Below are positions 51,601 to 63,534 of a stretch of 64,000 nucleotides of DNA, piece by piece (position 1 is the first letter of the stretch; every line of letters starts with the position of its first letter). Below the pieces are notes generated by a model, which was given only the letters and a program-made list of their open reading frames with translations, did not search any database and was not told where the DNA came from. The stretch covers positions 138,632,001 through 138,696,000 of the forward strand of contig NC_091985.1 of assembly GCF_044704955.1 (NCBI RefSeq), in the 5' to 3' direction. Position numbers and translations under genes: made by a program. Source of the stretch: Pristiophorus japonicus (Eukaryota).

Positions 51601-54600
51601 GAGATTGAGCTAGACCGGCTGCAACGAGAGGGCATCATTTCACCGATCAAGTTCAACGAGTGGGCCTGTCCTATTGTCCCAGTGCTCAAGGGAGATGGCA
51701 CTGTCAGAATCTGTGGTGATTACAAAGTAACTATCAATTGTTTCTCCCTGCAGGACCAGTACCCACTACCAAAGGCTGATGACCTCTTTGCAATGCTGGC
51801 AGGAGGAAAGACGTTCACGAAGCTGGACTTGACTTCAGCTTACTTGACGCAGGAACTGGAGGAATCATTGAAGGGCCTCACCTGTATCAACATGCACAAA
51901 GGTCTTTTCATTTAAAACAGGTGCCCGTTTGGAATTCGATCAGCGGCGGCGATATTCCAGAGAAACATGGAAAGCTTAGTGAAATCAGTTCCGTGCACCG
52001 TGGTCTTCCAGGACAACATCTTGGACACAGTCGAGCATCTGCAGAATCTGGACGAGGTTCTTAGTCGAATCAACTGCGTGGGGCTCAGGTTAAAACGCTC
52101 GAAGTGCGTTTTCCTGGCACCTGAAGTGGAGTTCTTGGACGGACGGCATCAGGCCCACCGATTCGAAGATGGAGGCAATCGAGAATGCACCGAGGCCACA
52201 GAACGTGATGAAGCTGTGATCATTTCTAGGACTCCTGAACTACTTTGGTAACTTCTTACCGGGGCTCAGCACACTGTTAGGACCACTGCATGTCTTACTG
52301 CGTAAAGGGGATGAATGGGCATGGAGCAAAAGCCAAGAAATTGCCTTTGTAAAATCTAAAAAAATGTTATGCTCAAGCAAATTACTTGTGTTGTATGATC
52401 CATGTAAACATTTGGTACTAGTATGTGATGTGTCCTCATATGACGCAGGTGTGTATTGCAACAAGCTAATGATTTTGGAAGACTGCAACCGGTTGCTTAC
52501 ACATCCAGGAGTCTGTCGAAGGCTGAGGGAGCCTACAGCATGATTGAAAAAGAAGCGTTAGCATGTGTCTATGGGGTAAAGAAAATGCATCAATACCTGT
52601 TTGGGCTAAAATTCGAATTGGAAACTGACCATAAGCCACTTATATCCCTGTTTTCTGAGAGTAAAGGGATAAATACCAATGCATCAGCCCGCATCCAGAG
52701 ATGGGCGCTCACGTTGGCCGCATACAACTATGCCATCCGCCACAGGCCAGGCACAGAAAACTGCGCCGATGCTCTCAGTAGGCTGCCATTGTCCACCACG
52801 GGGGTGGAAATGGCGCAGCCTGCAGATTTAGCCATGGTTATGGAAGCATTTGAGAGTGAGCAATCATCCGTCACTGCCCGGCAGATTAAAACCTGGACGA
52901 GCCAGGACCTCTTATTGTCCCTAGTCAAAAACTGTGTGCTTCACGGGAGCTGGTCCAGTGTCCCAGTGGAAATGCAGGAAGAGATAAAGCCGTTCCAGCG
53001 GTACAAAGATGAAATGTCTATACAGGCAGACTGCCTTCTATCGGGCAATCGAGTAGTGGTTTCCTAGAAGAGCAGAGAAACCTTCATCAATGACCTCCAC
53101 AGTACCCTCCCAGGCATCGTAATGATGAAAGCGATATCCAGATCCCACTGTGTTGGCCCGGTATCGATGCAGATTTAGAGTCCTGCGTGCACAGATGTAA
53201 TACATGCTCGCAGTTAAGCACTGTATCCAGGGAGGCGCCGCTAAGTTTATGGTCCTGGCCATCCAAACCGTGGTCTAGGGTGTATGTCGACTATGCAGAC
53301 CCGTTCTTGGGTAAAATGTTCCTTGTGGTTGTAGATGAGTATTCCTAGTGGATTGAATGTGATATAATGTCGGCTAGCACGTCCGCTGCCACTACTGAAA
53401 GCCTGCGGGCCATGTTTGCCACACACGGCCTGCCCGATGTCCTGGTGAGCAACAACGGGCCATGTTTTACCAATGCTGAGTTCAAAGAATTCATGACCCG
53501 TAACGGGATCAAACATGTCACATCTGCCCCATTTAAACCAGCGTCCAATGGTCAGGCAGAGAGAGCAGTGCAAACCATCAAGCAAGGCTTGAAGAGGGTA
53601 ACGGAAGGCTCACTGCAGACTTGCCTATCCCGAGTCCTACTTAGCTACCACACGAGACTCCACTCACTCACTGGGATCCCACCTGCTGAACTGCTCATGA
53701 AAAGAGCACTGAAGACAAGACTCTCGTTAGTTTACCCTGATCTACATGAACAGGTAGAGAGCAGGTGGCTTCAACAAAGTACATACCATGATAGCGCAAA
53801 TGTGTCACACGAGATTGAAATCAATGATCCTGTATTTGTATTGAATTATGGACAAGGTCCCAAGTGGCTTCCCGGCACTGTTGTGGCCAAAGAGGGGAGC
53901 AGGGTGTTTCGGGTAAACTTTCAAATGGACTCATTCACTGGAAATACTTGGACCAAATCAAACTCAGATTCACGGACTATCCTGAGCAACCCACTTTGGA
54001 CCCTACCTTCTTTGACCCCCCAACATACACACCAGTGGCAACCGGCACCACGGCTGGCCATGAAGCAGAACCCATCACCCGCAGCAGCCCAGCAGGACCC
54101 ACCACACCAGGCAGCCCAGCAAGGCCAGCTGCACAGCAGCCCAGCGAGGGCCCAACAATTGACTCACCAATATCAGCTTTCACACCGAGACGATCAACCA
54201 GGGCAAGAAGGGCCCCAGATCGACTCACATTGTAAATAGTTACACTATTGACTTTGAGGGGGGGAGTGTTGTTATACATGTAAATTGTATATACTCTTTA
54301 CAGCCACCAGAGAGTTCATTCCCTGGAATCCCAAGGGATCCCATAATCCCTTGGGAGCACAGGTATTTAAGGAGGCCTCACAGGTTGGAGAGGCACTCTC
54401 AGTACCTGCAATAAAAGACTAAGGTCGCACTTTACTTTTAGCTCACAGTGTTCAGTCTGACTCTTTCTCCATACATAACGCTGTGTAAATCCCGTCCAAA
54501 TCTCTCCCTACCTTTCTTGGGCATAACAACACGATTACCCCATAGCAAACAATCAGATTGAATGGATAGTTCATCTTTGCGACGGTTGTAAGGTTTGGTC

Positions 54601-57600
54601 TCATCACACACTTATCTGGGAATGGCCGACCAATCACCACTAAGGACACAACGTTTTACAACCGATAAGATCGGATCCTGGCTGGTCCAGGTCCTAACTT
54701 GTTGAGCAGTGACAGGCGAACCTTCACTCTCAAAGGCATCCATGACCAACAGTAGGTCTGAGGTGTTTCCACCTCCGGCGTGGGCAACAGTAAATGACTC
54801 AATGCATCAGCACAATTCCCGATACCAGGTCTATGGCGAATGTCATAATCATAGGCAGATAATGTCAGCGCCCAATTCTGGGTGCGAGTCGACGTGTTGG
54901 TATTGATACCTCTATTGTCTGAAAACAAAGGTATGAGCGGCTTGTGATCGGTTTCAAGCTCGAAACGAAGCCCAAACAGATACTAGTGCATCTTTTTAAC
55001 TCCATATATGCAGGCTAAAGCTTCTTTCGCTACCATGCCGTAGGCTCTTTTCATTTTAGACATGCTTCTTGACGCGTACGCAACGGGTTGTAGTTTGCCC
55101 GACTCATTGGATTGTTGGAGCACGCAACCAACCTCTTGTGATGAAGCGTCACAGGCCAATACTTAATGCTTGCATGGGTCATAATGTACCAGCAATTTGT
55201 TGGAACAAAGTAGATTTCTAGCCTTCTCGAAGGCCCTGTCTTGATTTACACCCCAAACCCAGTTGTCGCCTTTTCTGAGCAGCATGTGCAGTGGCTCTAA
55301 TAATGTGCTCAATTTTGGTAAGAAATTACCGAAGTAGAGAAGAGCAAGGAACGAATGCAACTCCGTCACATTCTGGGGTCTGGTGCATTTTTGATGGCCT
55401 CTGTTTTTGAGTCTGGAGGCCTGATGTCATCTTCAGCAATCTTCCTTCTCAGGAATTCGACTTCCATTGCCATAAAGACGCACTTTGAACGTTTCAGCCT
55501 GAGCTCCACTTTGTCCAGGTTAAGCAGGTGTTCAGCAGTGTCACGACCTGTGACCAGAATGTCATCTTGGAACACCATGGTCCTAGGGACAGACTTCAGT
55601 AAACTCTCCATGTTTCTCTGAAATATGGCTGTAGCTGAGCGAATTCCAAAAGGACACCTGTTGTAAATGAACAGCCCTTTATGCGTATTGGTGTACATAA
55701 GTTTCTTCGACGATTCGACAAACTCCTGTGTCATAAAGGCCAATGTCAGATCCAATTTGGTGAGTGACTTCCCCCCGGCTAGCAATTCAAACAGGTCATC
55801 AGCCTTTGGTAACGGGTACTGATCCTGTTTCAAAACTCAGTTGATCGTAACCTTGTAATCCTGACAGTGCCATCACTCTTCAGCACAGAAACAATGGGAC
55901 TAGCCCATTCGTTAAATTCAACAGGTGAAATGACCCCTTCATGTTGGAGTCTGTCCAGTTCGATTTCAACCTTCTCCCTCATCATGTACGAGATCGCCCG
56001 GGCTTTGTGATGGACGGGTTTTACATCCGAGTCCAGGTGGATTTGCCCTTGGCTCCCGTGAAGTTGCCAATGCCCGGTTCAAACAGCGAGGGAAATTGCA
56101 AGTCAGTCAATTATGAGCCAGAGGACTTTCAAAAAGCTGTGTGACACCAAGGCCATGAAATCCAAGCTGAGCCCAGTAAATGCAAAATTGCATACCCACA
56201 CCAAAGAGCTCATACCAGTGATTGGCAGTGCAGCAGTCAAGGTGTTGTACGATGGAACAGTTCATGATCTATCACTGTGGATCATCCCAGGCAATGGTCC
56301 AATATTGTTCGGCAGGAGTTGGCTCAAAAAAATAATGTGGAACAGGAACGATATTAAAGCTTTGTCATCGGTGGATGACGCTTCATGTACTCAAGTACAA
56401 TCTTGTCTAATTGCATAGATACCGGCACGCTGTTCAATTTTACTTCAATTATTATCGGTTGGCTTTTGTCAGGAACGAATGTACACTATACACTTCCTCC
56501 TTGGATATCTCGGGTTGCATTGCCGGATCCGCTCCGGATCAGTCATCATCATCCACGTGGTGTGTCGCAGCACACTTGTTGAGCTGCGGACACATCCACT
56601 GAAGGTGCCCCATTTTCGCACAGCCTCTACAAATATATTGCATGAAGCAGCACTGATGAGGCCGATGATTGCCCCCACAACGCCAACAGGGTGAAATTGG
56701 ATTCGTGCTCAATGGCGGACTTCGAGCAGCTACAGGTTTCGCAAACACAGTCGGGTAGGCCCTGCCAGGTGCAGCTCTGCCAACCGACGACACAATCTGA
56801 TGCACAGTACTTGCCGTGGAGTTCCGACTCTGCGAGGATATCTGTTTTGAACTATCGACCGTGGTCAGGCAAACCTGGGCGATCGTGATGGCCCTGCTCA
56901 GATCCAGCATCTCTGCAGCCAGCAGCTTCCGCAGGATCACATCGTAGTTTATGCCTATTACAAAGACGTCGTGCAGCATGTCTTCCAACGCAGTTCCAAA
57001 CTTACACGGCCCAGCGAGACGTCTCAGGTCAGCAACAAATTCCGCCACGTCCTGGCCCTCAGAACGAACATGGTTGTAAAAGTGATATCTCGAGATAATG
57101 ATGCCTTCTTTAGGTTTGAGATGGTCCTGAATCAGAGCACACAATTCCTCATAGGTCTTTTCCATTGGACATGCAGGTGAGAGCAGATTCTTATGAGGCC
57201 ATAGATTTTTGGACCACAAACCGTGAGGAAAACCGCGCTGCACCTAACTGCATCAGCGTCTTCATCCATCTTGTTGGCCACGAAGTACTGGTCGAGGCGA
57301 TCTGTAAAATCCTCCCAGTCTTCTCCCTCCACGAATCGCTCCAGGATTCCAACGGTGCTCGTTTGTTTTTGTGTGAAAGTTCGTATTGTGCCTCGTCGCC
57401 AAATGTTGCGAATGCAATAACTCAATAGGCTTAGTACCGTCAACTCAATCAGGTGTGACCTGACGCTACATCAGTTCTCAAAGTCAGGATTAAAGATGGA
57501 GGCTTTCTTAATATACAAGGGCTGCACGTGTGTGGCTGTGGCCCAATGATCTCCGACGGTCGCTCCCCCTGGTGGCAGGTAAACCCAGGCATACATGCAT

Positions 57601-57604
57601 TACA
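48602..57604 (-). mobile_element. Ty3/Gypsy element (family related to 923-3749), interrupted and with an internal inversion
   Basis: LTRs 48602-48805 and 57404-57604; TSD G(A/T)TTT; PBS TGGCGACGAGG; gag 56539-57360, RT with FQDD 55366-55833, integrase 48840-49935. Confidence 0.94.
49939..54480 (+). mobile_element. Full-length disrupted Ty3/Gypsy nested in the previous element
   Basis: LTRs 49939-50150 and 54270-54480; TSD CTGTG; gag-PR-RT-RH-IN in broken ORFs; splits the host integrase motif RDLHS/IYPG. Confidence 0.96.
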
Positions 57605-57610
57605 GTTTTC

Positions 57611-58288
57611 ATGATGGAGGAGGACAACAGGCAGCATGCTCCAAGATTCAGCCCAGAGGCAAATGAGGCTCTAGTGGGGGCAGTGGAGTGTAGATGGTCT
57701 GCGTTGTACAGGACGGGTGGCTCTAGATCCCTCCCATCAATATTTCAGAAGATATGGAGGGAAATTGCAGAGGAGCTCTCTGCCTCCGACACTGTCCAAA
57801 GGACTGCAACACATTGTCGGAAAAAATTAACGATCATTCGAGGGTCGTTAGAGTGAGTACAACTTTTATTGATGCGCCCCTTCATTACTTAAAATATAAA
57901 TCTGATACACTATTTGTTCTCATGCTGTTACTCTCCGTGAGCATTCTGTGGGTTGCCTCCTGAAAAGCATGTAAGCTTAGCGTGGCACCCTATTTGCCAT
58001 GAATGATCTTTACACATTATTAAGCTTGATAAACCAAGTGCAACTTCCAAGGCCATTAAACAGAGGACTGTATTACATTCTGTGTGTGCCACAAGAGTAG
58101 ATGGACCCTCTTGTAACCATTCCTATTTTCATCTTTGCAGGCAAAGAAGTCCTGTAACCACCGGGAGCAGCAGAGGACAGGCAGCGGTCCTCCACTCACC
58201 GACCTGGAGGAGCGAGTGGCAGGTCTTATCGGTGTCTCAGGTCGGGCAACTGCCCATGGGGGTGCTGACCCCCTCTTGGATACTGACG
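57611..58288 (+). pseudogene. Harbinger Myb/SANT-like gene, exons 57611-57852 and 58141-58288
   Basis: APRFSPEANEALV...WREIAEEL...RTATHCRKK; exon 2 NHREQQRTGSG...LEERV; GT-AG sites. Confidence 0.85.
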
Positions 58289-58395
58289 GTAAGTCCTGTA
58301 CACAACTTGGACTGGGTTGGGGTAATGTGATGCAGTGTCTGTAGACTAGGGATGGGGCATTGTGATGCAGTGTCTGAGGGTTCTGGAGGGGGGGG

Positions 58396-59168
58396 TCATG
58401 AGCCAGGTGGCGAGGTCATAACCTTTGTCCAGCTCTTGTCTTGTGGTTTACACTGGAACAGGCCTGAGACAGTGCTCTCATGCAAGATGAAAGCATCATG
58501 GATTCTCCCTGGATATTGGGCATTGACTGCCATGATGCACTGAGTTTGGTCACAGATGATCTGTACGTTCATGGAGTGGAATCCCTTTCGGTTTTGGTAA
58601 AACTCTGGATTATGTAAAGGTGCTGGCATAGTGATGTGTGTACAGCTAATGGCATCCTGAACCTTGGGGAAGCCAGCAAATTGTCCAAAATCTACAGCCC
58701 TCTCATTCTGGGCCTCCTTGGTCATTGGTAAGTACATGAAGTCCATCCTGCATGCATACAGTGCAGCAGTCACCTGATAAATGTTGCAATGTGTAGCATG
58801 CTGCGAGATGGAGCATATGTCCCCTGCTGATGCCTGAAAGGAGCCGGAAGCATAGAAGGCAAGTGCTGCAGTCACCTTCACCCTGATGGGCGGTGCAGTA
58901 CTGTTGCCACTGGTAGGCTGTAGGTCTGCTTTTATGAGCTGGCATATCTCTGTCAGCACTTCTTTTTGGAAGCGTAGCCTTCTAACGCACTGTGCCTCAG
59001 AGAGCTGCAGGTATGAGCGCTGTTCCCTGTAAACTCATAAGGCCTCCTACCCATACATCTGCGACCTCTTCGATTACGTTCAAAATGCTCATCAATAAGC
59101 CTTATTCCAGCTTGATGCCATATAAATATAGCAGCCAGGAATAATGGCTGACATAGTATAGCCCCCAT
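58396..59168 (-). pseudogene. Harbinger (HARBI1-like) DDE transposase, frameshifted and 3'-truncated
   Basis: ALAFYASGSFQ, GFPKVQDAISCTH, NRKGFHSMNVQ, YPGRIHDAFIL. Confidence 0.93.
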
Positions 59169-59616
59169 CTTTAAAATGTACTTAAATGTCCTTTAAAACG
59201 AACAATAAACTCATGTAAAATTTCACTATGAAAAACGCAGCCTTCTTCTCCCAATCATTTTATGCACTCAACTTCTGCTCCGTTTTCAAGATGGCGCCGT
59301 TAGCACCGGGTGTATCCTGGGTCTGACCTGGGTGTGACTGCTTTTTGCTGGCGAGTTCCCGGGCAGATGCTAAATTGGACGATATGCTCGAAATTTCCGC
59401 CCGGGGGCACTAGTGCAGCATTGCACACTGATTGATGTCATCCAAACGGTAAAAATATCAGGCGCGCGCTAAGTTTTAACGCCGCCGCAAAACCACTGCC
59501 GAAAGTTCCAACTGGGCGCAAAATGTTGTGCACCTCATTTCGCGCCAAAAAAAACAGTTTTTGCGCCCCGTCCAGGCGCTTAACTGGTCGCAAACGCCTC
59601 AAAAATCCAGCCCAAT

Positions 59617-60353
59617 AGCCGGAATTTGCGGTTAGCAGTGAAGCAAATGTGTTTGCTGCTGGCCCCGAAATGCGCTCCAAACAAGAATCTCATGATCCCT
59701 GTGTCGAGAACTTCGGGTTTTTCTACTTTCAATTCAAATCAACGGAACTTAATGGGAACCCACTTGTTCAAACTGCTTTGAGAGCATTAGGCTATCTAAG
59801 CAGCCAATCAAAACGCAGAATTCTCACAGATAGCAAACAAGGAAGTAGCTCTTAAAATACTAACTTTCTTAAATAGTTAGAGAAAAACAAAGATTGGGGC
59901 TCTCACATGGAGAAACGGTAAACCTGAAATAAAGATGGACACATTTTTTTTTAATTTACATTTTTTTGAAAAAGTTTCTTAAAAATTTTATTTTTTATTA
60001 AAATGGACAAATTTCACACTGTACAAAATTAAAATTAGATTTACAGGCCCTTAAACTTTATTTAGCAGTCAATACGCTGTTAAAACCCTAGTTACACCTA
60101 ATCCCTTTGGCTTTAACTTTTAGTGGGGAATTTAATAGCACATTTACTGCGGAAAAGTTGAAATTCTCATCAGTTTCAACGAGTTACGGGATTTCACTGA
60201 TTGCTTTGTAGGGGCGGGGGAACAGTGCAGCCTGTTTCGGAGCTGTCACTGACAGACCACATGTGCCAAATCTTGACATTGCGGTCAGTTTCAAAGGCGG
60301 AATGACAGCGAACACTGCCAGTTCACCTTCAGGCTGACCACCAATTTCAGGCC
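59617..60353. mobile_element. Probable Harbinger-like MITE
   Basis: Degenerate inverted ends agccggaatttgcggt / gaccaccaatttcaggcc. Confidence 0.45.
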
Positions 60354-60794
60354 GTTATGCTGGAATTTCCTGTGGGAGCATAATCGAGAAATTACAGCTG
60401 TAATTATGCCATATGTGTGCCCATGTTGGCGATGTTTATTTACTCCTACATTTCTTGCCAATATCATTAGTGTAACCTGGAACGTAAAAATGAGCATAAA
60501 CAAACAGAAATCAGCGTAAATAATCGGGTCCCAAGGAAAGCATCAAACTTACACTATCTATACCTTCTTTAAGTGTGAAAATTAGAGTTTTAAGCCATTA
60601 GGCGCAATGGCCTGGAGCTGCTGCATGATTCCATCCAGACATAAGCATAATCCGGGCTAAATCGAATGAAATAGCACTGAAGATCCCAGAATTTTAAGCG
60701 TGAGTTGCACCCATAACCACTTTACGCTGGAATATCTGCAATCTTTTACATTGGTTACAAAGTCCATTCACCTGGAGCAGTCCCCGCCCACAAA

Positions 60795-61595
60795 AATTTG
60801 GCAGATGGAGTATAATGTGGGAAAGTGTGAGGTTATCCACTTTGTCAGGAAAAATATAAAAGCAAATTATTTTTTAAAATGGAGAGGAATTACAAAATGC
60901 TGCGGTGCAGAGGGACCTGGGAGTCCTTGTACATGAAACACAAAAAGTTAATATGCAGGTACAGCAAGTAATCAGAAAGGCAAATGGAATGTTGGCCTTT
61001 ATTGCAAGGAGGATAGATTATAAAAGCAGAGAAGTTCTGCTACAATTGTACAGGGTATTGGTGAGGCCATACCGAGAGTACTGCGTACACTTTTTAAGGA
61101 AGGATATACTTGCATTGGAAGCTGTTCAGAGAAGGTTTATTAGGTTGATTTCGGAGATGACGGGTTTGACTTATGAAGATCAGTTGAGTAGGTTGGGAGT
61201 TCAGAAGAATGAGAGGTGATCTTATCGAAACATATAAGATAATGAGGGGGCTCGACAAGGTGGATATTTCCACTCATAGGGGAAACTAAAACTAGGGAGA
61301 ATAGTCTCAGAATAAGGGGTTGCCCATTTTAAAACTGAGATGAGGAGGAATTTCTTTTTTAGAGGGTTGTAAATCTGTGGAATTATCTGCCCCAGACAGC
61401 TGTGGAGGTGGGTCATTGAATATATTTAAGGCAGAGATAGACAGATTTTTGAACAATAAGGGAGTAAAGGATTATGGGGAGTGGGCAGGGAAGTGGAGCT
61501 GAGTCCATGATCAGATCAGCTATGATCTTATTAAATGGCGGAGCAGGCTCGAGAGGTGAAATGGCCTACTCCTGCTCCTATTTCTTATGTTCTTA
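60795..61595 (+). mobile_element. CR1 LINE 3' portion (second subfamily)
   Basis: WQMEYNVGKCEVIHF, QRDLGVLV, KANGMLAFI; (ttcttatg)n tail. Confidence 0.93.
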
Positions 61596-62897
61596 AAACT
61601 GGCCATGCCCCAAGTTACCACAGATTGCGCCTGTTCAGAATTATTCATCACATCGCGCACAAGGAATATGGAGAGAGGCACTTATCTTGTGCAGCCAGCA
61701 GCCCTTCACCAACCTTTCACTATCAGGTTTCCCCGGCCACTGGCAAACCCTTGCAGCAGTGGTGAATTGAAAACCGGGCTCCCAATTGCACTGCGGAGCC
61801 CGATTTGAATGTTAATCAAGTGTCCCTGTCGGACGCCCCAATATCCACCATCATTTTCTCATGTGTGGCTATTGGGGTCACGTTGCACATATTTCACTGT
61901 TTAACCCCCCGCTCCCCCCTGACTCTCTCCAAACCTTTGTGTGTGTGTGTGTGTGTGTATGGGGGGCGGGGTGGAGGGGTGGGGGTAGAGTTTAATAGTG
62001 AGGCCAATGAATAGAAAGTTGACAGACCTCAGGCCATACTTCAAAGTCAAAGGATTACCTCCCCACAGAATATTAAACATATGGAGAAGGATGCTTCTGA
62101 AAGCAATTAATATGCTGTCAACTGACATCTTGAAAATAGGCATTTATCATCAATATATTTAGGCTTTGAAACGGCTTTTGCTCAAACAAATATACAAGTT
62201 GGGAGAAAAATTCAGATACCAAACAGGAATTCAAAGCGGTAAGGGTGATAAGTGAAGGAGAGGTAGGATCTAAAGAGGCTTTTGAGAGTGGGGAGATAGA
62301 TAGCACGCTGCAGGAGGTTTGGGAATGAATTCAGGGAAACAGTGTTCTGATGGCTAAGGGCTCTGCCATTGATGGTAGAGCAGAAAGAGGTGAAATGCAG
62401 AGCGATTTATGAATGAACTGCAATGACCTCGATCATGAGTCTTATGATTAGTAAAAGCCTCTCCCTTTAGATTACAGGCACTTGCCCGGAGTATCCGCGG
62501 GGGATTCTCCACTGGGAGGTTGCTGCAATCCTTGGAGAACCAGCGTCAATGCTTAAAACCGGTTACATGCTGTTTTTCTGAGGTTTTCTCTGATCTTCAG
62601 CCGAAGAAAAGGCAGGAGATCGAGAAATTCATGGCCATTGTGCATAGAACGTTGCCAGGTGTTACTGTGCTTTACAAACCTGAATGAAGTGCCTACACTT
62701 TTTGACCGTAGCATATCCAAGGAGATTAGATTCACAACCTTTCCATTCCTTCAGTATAGGATGTTGGAATTGTCACAACAAAGTGTCTGTTTTAATGTGT
62801 AATTTAAAACAAATGTATCCAGGTCCCTTCCTCTCCCCATTTTCACAGACCGTTGTTTCTAACAGTAATTAGACACAGATGTTGCAACTATCTACAA

Positions 62898-63113
62898 TCC
62901 TCATCATCCCAGGTGGTCCCGCGAACGAGGATGACTTGCTTCCACGTGAGTTCACAGATGTTTCGATGAAGGACCCGATGTTCCAATCCTGAACTCCAGT
63001 TGCGGGGGTGGAAGATGCCTGTGCGTGGATTTTTTTAACGTGTGGTGACCGTTGCACATCAGCTGCCACATGGGCTCGACAGAGCTAGGCCTTTATCCAG
63101 TGGCAAGGATTAA
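62898..63113 (-). mobile_element. Non-autonomous RTE-derived retroposon, truncated
   Basis: Homologous to 18598-18810. Confidence 0.8.
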
Positions 63114-63157
63114 CAGTCAGAGCTGAAGTGAACCTACTTAAACTGTGAAAGCAACTA

Positions 63158-63534
63158 CAGGTACACCGTCCGAAATCTAGAATCCTCGGGACTGAGTCTG
63201 TTCCTGTTTTGGGGTTTTTCTGGATTTCAGACAAGAAAATCAATAGTCTAAAATCAGGAATACTTGATCGAATCTGTGCCGGGCTTTGAGCGGCAAGGTT
63301 CGAAACCTGGCAAAATCCAACATCCTGAACAGATTCGGTCGAGGATTCATGATTTTCTTGTCTGAAATCCGGAATTTGCGCCCGAATCCATACCGTATTT
63401 TGGGTTTTGCCTCAAGCGGTCCAGTTTTTGAACAATAATTCCAGATTCGGGGCGATTCCATCAGCTATGCGCAAAATGTCCGGTTTTCGGACAATTCCGC
63501 TTTTCGGAGTTCCGGATTTGGGACGTTGCACCTG
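63158..63534. mobile_element. Tc1/mariner-type MITE
   Basis: TIRs caggtacaccgtccgaaatc / gatttgggacgttgcacctg flanked by TA. Confidence 0.85.

Larger units (their letters stand above)
48252..59613. mobile_element. Harbinger DNA transposon (host of nested Gypsy elements)
   Basis: TIRs gaactggattttt / aaaaatccagccc; TSD AAT on both sides; convergent Myb and DDE transposase genes. Confidence 0.8.

Noticed and set aside
57530-57856. Chimeric LTR-Myb fusion ORF
   Set aside because: It starts at a non-ATG codon in antisense LTR sequence; the Myb ATG is at 57611 and the gene is truncated.
58396-59168. Host HARBI1 gene
   Set aside because: It is frameshifted, truncated and enclosed by TIRs with a partner Myb gene, so it is a transposon copy.
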